From Candidatus Thorarchaeota archaeon (lineage in GTDB: Archaea; Asgardarchaeota; Thorarchaeia; Thorarchaeales; Thorarchaeaceae), in NCBI GenBank assembly GCA_029855935.1, contig JAGSHN010000012.1, forward strand, positions 1-64,000: a DNA stretch of 64,000 nt, read 5' to 3'. Of the stretch, positions 58,434-64,000 are shown in pieces. The translations under genes and the position numbers were made by a program. The notes under the pieces were generated by a model, which searched no databases, had not been told where the DNA came from, and saw only the letters and a list, made by a program, of their open reading frames with translations. The stretch's first letter is position 1, and each line of letters begins with the position of its first letter.

Positions 58434-59222
58434 ATGAAGATCATCGTGCCCATTAAGCAGGTCCCTGAGGTCGCCGAGGTGAAGATAAACCCCGAAACCG
58501 GGACCCTCATCAGAGATGGAGTACCAAGTATTCTGAATCCATTCGATGAGTACGCAGTTGAGGCTGCAATACAGCTGAAGGAGAAATTTGGCGGAGAGGT
58601 CACTGTCATAACGATGGGTCCGCCGCAGGCAAAGGATGCCCTCTTGAAGGCGCTCGCGATGGGCGCCGACCGGGCTGTTCATCTGACTGACAGGGCCTTT
58701 GCCGGGGCAGACACCTGGGCCACGGCGTACACGCTTGCCGTGCAGATCAAGAAGATGGAGTTTGATATGGTCATCTGCGGCAAGCAGGCAATTGATGGTG
58801 ACACCGCCCAGGTCGGCCCAGAGCTGGCCGAGCTGTTGGGTGTGCCCCAGATATGCTACGTCCGTCATCTTGAGGTCAGTGAGGATCAGAAGTTCGTGAT
58901 TGCGCATCGCGAGACGGACGATGGCTATGAGGTGATCAAGGCCAAGCTCCCGGTCCTGTTGACTGCCACCAAGGGACTGAATGAGCCCAGATTGCCCAAT
59001 ATTATGGGTATAATGAAGGCCAAGAAGAAGCCGATGGATGTCATTGATGCGGCCACACTGGGCGTCCCCGAGGATGAGATTGGACTGAAGGGATCCCCGA
59101 CCACCGTGAGAAAGGTGTACCCGCCACCCAGACGTTCTGGTGGCATAAAGATAGAGGATATGGATCCGAAGGAGGCGGCCAAGAAACTGGTCGAGTTCCT
59201 TGCCAGCAAGGGGGCGATATGA
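58434..59222 (+). CDS. etfB: Electron transfer flavoprotein beta subunit
   Basis: IKQVP, NPFDEYAVEAA, MGADRA, GKQAIDGDTAQVG, GLKGSPT. Confidence 0.96.
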   Translation: MKIIVPIKQVPEVAEVKINPETGTLIRDGVPSILNPFDEYAVEAAIQLKEKFGGEVTVITMGPPQAKDALLKALAMGADRAVHLTDRAFAGADTWATAYTLAVQIKKMEFDMVICGKQAIDGDTAQVGPELAELLGVPQICYVRHLEVSEDQKFVIAHRETDDGYEVIKAKLPVLLTATKGLNEPRLPNIMGIMKAKKKPMDVIDAATLGVPEDEIGLKGSPTTVRKVYPPPRRSGGIKIEDMDPKEAAKKLVEFLASKGAI

Positions 59223-59225
59223 GAG

Positions 59226-60425
59226 ATGGGACTGCTGTACGATAGAGAGACCTGTACTGGATGCATGCTATGCATCAAGGTGTGTAACTTTGGTGCTATC
59301 GAGAAGGACGGTGACAAGGTCAAGTTTGACATCGACAAGTGTGTTCTCTGCGGCTCGTGCGAGGAGGTCTGCCCTGTCGACGCCATCAAGATTGAGAGAA
59401 GGACTGTTGACGAGGAGGCTCTCGCTGAGTACAAGGATGTCTGGGTCTTCTGCGAGACTCACGAGGGTAGACTGAGGAACGTCGCCCTTGAGCTGGTCAC
59501 GAAGGCCCGTGAGCTCGCGGACAAGCTCGGCGAGAGGGTCGTTGCAGTGCTCATTGGTCACGAGATCGAGGGACTTGCCGAGTGTCTCATCCATCAGGGT
59601 GCCGACAAGGTCCTCGTCGTGGACGACAAGATCTATGCAGACTACTCAACCGATGCATACACCATTGCGATGGCATCGCTCATCGCTCCGCGCAAGCCAG
59701 CGATTGTGCTCTTTGGTGCGACCAACAACGGTCGTGAGCTGGCTCCACGCGTCGCTGCACGGCTAAAGCTCGGGCTGACGGCCGACTGCACGGGTCTGGA
59801 GATTGATGAGAACCGTCAGCTGGTTCAGATACGACCAGCGTTCGGCGGCAACATCATGGCCGAGATTCTCTGTCCCTACACCCGTCCTCAGATGGCGACG
59901 GTGCGTCCCAACGTGTTCAAGCCATCAGAGCCTGACACGTCCCGGACTGGTGAGATCGAGAAGGTGGAGATAAAGGTCAACCCGCTGCAGGTGAGGACCC
60001 GCATCCTCGACCGTGTGGTAGAGGTCACCGAGGGCATGAAGTCCGTCGAGGAGGCGGACATCATCGTCAGCTGCGGCCGCGGCATCAAGGACCCGTCGAA
60101 TCTCAATCTTCCACAGGCTCTTGCAGACCTACTCGATGCGGCTGTCGGTGGTTCCCGCCCCATCGTTGATGCGGGCTGGCTGCCCCCCACCCAGCAGGTT
60201 GGCCAGTCCGGCAGGACGGTCTCCCCGAAGCTGTACTTTGCCCTTGGCATCTCCGGTGCCATACAGCACATCGCGGGAATGTCGTCCTCGGACATCATAG
60301 TGGCCATCAACAAGGACCCTGAGGCCCCAATCTTCGAGATAGCCGACTTTGGGATTGTCGGCGACCTCTTCGAGGTAGTGCCAGCCATAATCGAGGAGAT
60401 CAAACAGCTCAAGGAGAAGCGTTGA
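59226..60425 (+). CDS. etfA: Electron transfer flavoprotein alpha subunit with N-terminal ferredoxin domain
   Basis: CTGCMLC...C and CVLCGSC...CP; GLTADCT, QVGQSG.TV.PKLY, GISGAIQH. Confidence 0.96.
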   Translation: MGLLYDRETCTGCMLCIKVCNFGAIEKDGDKVKFDIDKCVLCGSCEEVCPVDAIKIERRTVDEEALAEYKDVWVFCETHEGRLRNVALELVTKARELADKLGERVVAVLIGHEIEGLAECLIHQGADKVLVVDDKIYADYSTDAYTIAMASLIAPRKPAIVLFGATNNGRELAPRVAARLKLGLTADCTGLEIDENRQLVQIRPAFGGNIMAEILCPYTRPQMATVRPNVFKPSEPDTSRTGEIEKVEIKVNPLQVRTRILDRVVEVTEGMKSVEEADIIVSCGRGIKDPSNLNLPQALADLLDAAVGGSRPIVDAGWLPPTQQVGQSGRTVSPKLYFALGISGAIQHIAGMSSSDIIVAINKDPEAPIFEIADFGIVGDLFEVVPAIIEEIKQLKEKR

Positions 60426-60429
60426 GCGT

Positions 60430-60475
60430 GGGCTGCCGCACAGGCAGTCCTTCCTCTCCCTCTTTCCTTCTTCCC
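60430..60475 (+). terminator. Hairpin plus pyrimidine tract after etfA
   Basis: GGGCTGCC-GCACA-GGCAGTCC followed by a T/C-rich run. Confidence 0.6.
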
Positions 60476-60546
60476 TACGGCGCATTCGGTATCACTGATA
60501 CTGGACCACGTACCAAGCGTCCGCGCTACTGTACTCTGACCGAAGA

Positions 60547-60576
60547 TTTATAAGAACTGTAGTATTGTACAGTACT
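60547..60576 (+). promoter_or_regulatory. TATA box and adjacent palindromic operator
   Basis: TTTATAAG at 60547-60554; near-perfect palindrome AGTATTGTACAGTACT at 60561-60576. Confidence 0.6.
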
Positions 60577-60586
60577 GATAGTTTCA

Positions 60587-61447
60587 GTGGGACTGATTGA
60601 CATGTCCGAGCCTGATGAGATACGAAGAGAGCTTGAAGAGATCAGACGACTGCGTGAAGAGCTACGGCAAGAACTCGATGCTGTCCGACGTGAGCGAGAG
60701 GCCCTGAAGACACTACGGGAGGAGACAATCGAGCGGGCAGGAGGGCCCCCAGAGGAGCCACCTGCTCCACCAGGTCCTCATAGACGTGACCGCCCTGGGC
60801 CGCCTCCTCCACATCGGCCACCACGTGTTCGAGGACCTCGTCCACCTCACCCGCCTCATCCACCTCATCGCAGGGTGATTGACCTCGATGCACTTGCTGA
60901 GAGTCTTGAGGACATGATGGCGGGCCTCGGTGAACAGATTCGGTCAGCTGTGGAGAGCGTGGCGACGAGTTTCGAGCGTCCTGTCGTGCTCCACCATCCC
61001 CCAAGAAGGGCCGTCAGACGCAGCACCCGGCGAAAGATTGTGGAGTCCATTCCGCCGGAGCGCATCTCACGAGTGATAGGTCCGCTGGGCAATGTCGAAC
61101 GGCTGAGGATCCTCAACTTTCTGATGGACGGAGGCAAGACCTTCAATGAGATTGAGACCTACACGGGCAAGACAGGTTCCTCTCTGACGCATCACCTCAA
61201 TCCGCTGCTGGACGCGGGATACATCGTCAAGGGCCAAGTTCGCGGTACGTACTACATCACGGTCACGGGCAGACTGGCCTACCGTCTTGCGCAGTGGCTC
61301 ACAAGTCAAGTCGAACGCGAACAGGGCTCGTCAGTGACGCGGAAGGCCTCTGACATCGAGGTGGAGTTCGAGGACGAGGATGAATATCCCGAGAACGAAG
61401 ACGCCCCATCTGAGGATGATGGGAACACAGACCCGGAGGCGACATAG
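60587..61447 (+). CDS. ArsR-family regulator with N-terminal coiled coil and Pro/His-rich linker
   Basis: LGNVERLRILNFL...KTFNEI....GSSLTHHLNPL..AGYI.K...RGTYYIT..GR. Confidence 0.85.
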   Translation: MGLIDMSEPDEIRRELEEIRRLREELRQELDAVRREREALKTLREETIERAGGPPEEPPAPPGPHRRDRPGPPPPHRPPRVRGPRPPHPPHPPHRRVIDLDALAESLEDMMAGLGEQIRSAVESVATSFERPVVLHHPPRRAVRRSTRRKIVESIPPERISRVIGPLGNVERLRILNFLMDGGKTFNEIETYTGKTGSSLTHHLNPLLDAGYIVKGQVRGTYYITVTGRLAYRLAQWLTSQVEREQGSSVTRKASDIEVEFEDEDEYPENEDAPSEDDGNTDPEAT

Positions 61448-62149
61448 ATGGAGTATTCTGTTGGTCCTGAGCTGAGTGTGACCACACAGGTGTGCAGTGT
61501 CCTCGACTCTGACATCTGTAGAGTGGAGCTGGCATCAGGTAGTCTCTGGACACCAGTTCGGCAGGATGAACGTACAGTAGGCCTGGCTGCGTTCGGCCGG
61601 GGGCACCTCGTTCTCGATGCCATACTTGAGACGGATGAGGGTGCGGTGGGTGAGTCTGTGACCGTGTATTTGGAGGGTGCCCACGTGATCCTTGGTGGTG
61701 TCTTACCGCAGTCAGAGTCCCGTCCGGCGACTGATGACGACGTGAGCGACGCTGGGTTTAGCGAGCTGTCCGAGCTCCACAGGACAGCGACGGACCTCTT
61801 GGACGAGCCCGCGTTTCAGCAACTCGAATATACCTCCTCCCGACATAGACTGGTCTTCGGAACAGAGTCTGCGGGTCGGAGAGTGATCTTTGTCACGGAT
61901 GATGTACGTGCAGTCCTTCTCTGGGGGGACGACCTAGTGGCTCTGACCCGTGAGATGCTCCTCCGTATCGGGAACGGGCGACTCAGCGTGGCGTGGTCAG
62001 ATGGCAGAGAGATTGTCCTTGGTCATGGGCGGTCGCGACACAGTATCCTGCGCCATCTGTGCAGGGTAGGGCCCACGATGATGTTTGCCACGGGAATATT
62101 TCCTCAGAGGCGTCTGCCGTGGTGGGACTGTTCAGACGACATAGACTGA
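61448..62149 (+). CDS. Hypothetical protein
   Basis: 233-aa ORF starting immediately after the regulator stop (TAGATG); no motif recognised. Confidence 0.6.
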   Translation: MEYSVGPELSVTTQVCSVLDSDICRVELASGSLWTPVRQDERTVGLAAFGRGHLVLDAILETDEGAVGESVTVYLEGAHVILGGVLPQSESRPATDDDVSDAGFSELSELHRTATDLLDEPAFQQLEYTSSRHRLVFGTESAGRRVIFVTDDVRAVLLWGDDLVALTREMLLRIGNGRLSVAWSDGREIVLGHGRSRHSILRHLCRVGPTMMFATGIFPQRRLPWWDCSDDID

Positions 62150-62203
62150 ATGTACAACGAGAATCTCCCCCGCATCATCACTGCACCCGGTATACTTTGG
62201 GGT

Positions 62204-64000
62204 CTATCGTGCAGCTAGTGCGTGTTGGACCTGAAGACTGTAGAGGGAGTGGTACTTACCGCGCTTGGCCACAAGTTCGGAGTGAGTACCCTCCTCTACT
62301 ATCCGCCCATCCTCCAGGACAATGATTCTGTCAGCTTGGACTATTGTGGAGAGCCTGTGCGCGATCACAATGGCCGTGCGCCCACGGAGAAGCATCCGCA
62401 TCCCCCTCTGTATCGCATGTTCTGTGTATACATCCACTGAACTTGTGGCCTCGTCGAGCACAAGGATGCGAGGATTCTTCAGCAGAGCCCGTGCGAAGCT
62501 TATCAGCTGGCGCTCGCCCTCGGAGAGTCGACCCCCTCTCTCGCCCACTTCGGTGTCAAGGCCGTCCTGAAGACTCTCAAGAACACGACGGGCGCCTATT
62601 GTGTCGAGGGCCCTGATTACCTCTTCGTCGGTCGCATCAGGTCTACCATACCTTATGTTGTCCCTCACGGTGCCCATAAACAGAAACGCCTCTTGTAGGA
62701 CGAGCCCGATTGCTGCGCGCAATGACCTCTGAGTGACCCTCCTGATGTCCACCCCATCAATCTCTATGCTACCGCTCCTGATGTCATAGAATCTGTTGAG
62801 AAGGTTGACGACCGTGGTCTTTCCGGCACCTGTATCGCCGACTATGGCAACAGTCTCACCGGGCTGGATCTCAAGACTGAAGTCGGTGAGGATGTCAGTC
62901 CCCTCGATGTAGCCAAAGGTCACGTTCCGGAACCTGATGTGGCCTCTCACGTCTGTCAGGTCAATGGCATCGGGGACATCTCTGACTGTGGGTTCTGTGT
63001 CAATGATTGAGAAGACCCGTTCTGCCCCGGCAAATGCGCTCTGGACGTTGGTGTAGAAGTTGGCGATGATCAATATCGGCCTGAAGAACTGGTTTGTATA
63101 CCTGATGAAGAGCACAAGTGTGCCCAGTGTCAGCGTGCCCTCCATCAGTCTCAGGCCACCAACCCAGAGGATGAGGAAGATGCCTATTCCACCGATGAAC
63201 CTGATGGCGGGAAAGAATGTTGCCTGGGCCTTGCCAGCCTCGATATTGGCCCTGTAGTCGAGATCGATCACCTCATTGAACCTCGCAATGCTCGTTTTCT
63301 CGCGAGCAAAGCTCTTTGTCACTATGGCGCCAGCAATGGATTCTGCAAGGCTTGAGGTCACGATGGAGATGGTCTTTCTCGTCTTGCGATATGCGCTCTT
63401 TAGTTTCCCTCTGAAGTATATCGTGGCGACCAGCAGCAGTGGCATTGCCAGTAGGGTGACAAGAGCCAGCTGCAGGTCAACAGTGATGATGATAGCTCCA
63501 ATCATAGTCACAATGAAGACTTGTGCAAAGGTCGTGATCAACCCACCATTGAGGAGTTCTCCCATCCTGTCGATGTCATTCGTCAGTCTGGATATCACCC
63601 TGCCGCTCGTGGAACGGTCATAGAAGTCTTGAGACATCATCTGCAGTCTGTCGTACAGGTCCTGCCGGATGTTGAATATCGCCCGTTGTCCCATCCCGGT
63701 CATCAGATACTGCATGGAGTAGCCTGTGAGCCATGCGGCAATCTGCAGTCCAACATAGAGAAGCGCGGTGGTGGCCAGAGCGTTCAGGTCACCGGTTGGG
63801 AAGTCGATGTCTATTGCATGCTTGAGAACAAAGGGACTGTACAGGATTGCGGCCATATTGGCGGCCATCAGTATGATGACTGCAAGAAACTCCTTGCGAT
63901 ACACTAGGAGATAGCCCACCATCCTCGCCAGAAGTGTCCTGTCCGGATAGTCGTAGCTCCTTGCATCGGGATCGTCCTGCTCGTCGAGATGATAGCCCAT
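62204..64000 (-). CDS. ABC exporter, fused permease/ATP-binding subunit
   Basis: 6-TM domain, Walker A GDTGAGKT, signature LSEGERQ, Walker B LVLDEAT, IAHRL; ATG at the window edge. Confidence 0.95.
   Translation of the reverse strand: MGYHLDEQDDPDARSYDYPDRTLLARMVGYLLVYRKEFLAVIILMAANMAAILYSPFVLKHAIDIDFPTGDLNALATTALLYVGLQIAAWLTGYSMQYLMTGMGQRAIFNIRQDLYDRLQMMSQDFYDRSTSGRVISRLTNDIDRMGELLNGGLITTFAQVFIVTMIGAIIITVDLQLALVTLLAMPLLLVATIYFRGKLKSAYRKTRKTISIVTSSLAESIAGAIVTKSFAREKTSIARFNEVIDLDYRANIEAGKAQATFFPAIRFIGGIGIFLILWVGGLRLMEGTLTLGTLVLFIRYTNQFFRPILIIANFYTNVQSAFAGAERVFSIIDTEPTVRDVPDAIDLTDVRGHIRFRNVTFGYIEGTDILTDFSLEIQPGETVAIVGDTGAGKTTVVNLLNRFYDIRSGSIEIDGVDIRRVTQRSLRAAIGLVLQEAFLFMGTVRDNIRYGRPDATDEEVIRALDTIGARRVLESLQDGLDTEVGERGGRLSEGERQLISFARALLKNPRILVLDEATSSVDVYTEHAIQRGMRMLLRGRTAIVIAHRLSTIVQADRIIVLEDGRIVEEGTHSELVAKRGKYHSLYSLQVQHALAAR

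Noticed and set aside
1-64000. CRISPR arrays, rRNA, transposases/integrases, or an att duplication of either tRNA 3' end
   Set aside because: None was recognised by eye; sequence beyond the tRNA-Ala 3' end lies outside the window and cannot be assessed.

Overview
Archaeal core-genome segment, most likely from an Asgard archaeon, probably Thorarchaeia. This is inferred from two profilin-like genes, ribosomal L38e, a DPM2-like protein, archaeal information-processing genes and frequent GTG/TTG starts; no phylogeny was run. The first ~29 kb is mostly conserved housekeeping: tRNA-Ala, rpl37e-Lsm, sepF, aCPSF1-psmB, the pus10-rpl21e-rpoF-DUF655-rsmA-hemK cluster, pth2-truD, alba, rpl40e-tRNA-Val-rpl38e, sucCD, PAC2, NOP2-NIP7 and thrC. 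It also holds two divergent Hel308/Ski2-like helicases. The strongest candidate for an undescribed system is a six-gene operon at 29431-42334. It encodes a 2264-aa surface protein (transglutaminase-like domain lacking the canonical Cys/His/Asp triad, ~16 sequon-rich Ig-like repeats, TM helix, cytoplasmic DUF4129-like tail), a DUF4350-like protein, a MoxR ATPase, a DUF58/vWA protein, an unknown polytopic membrane protein and a DHH hydrolase. Other highlights are a tRNA-Val(CAC) with a 29-nt T-loop (58/59) intron in a strict BHB motif, an apparently ATPase-dead helicase with an inserted SWIM finger, tandem profilin paralogues, a four-operator array controlling an unannotated 35-aa Arg-rich peptide, a DPM2-like protein next to a phosphohexomutase, and a non-standard (probably CTG) start for rsmA. 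No CRISPR array, rRNA or mobile element was recognised. All family assignments come from motif recognition by eye.
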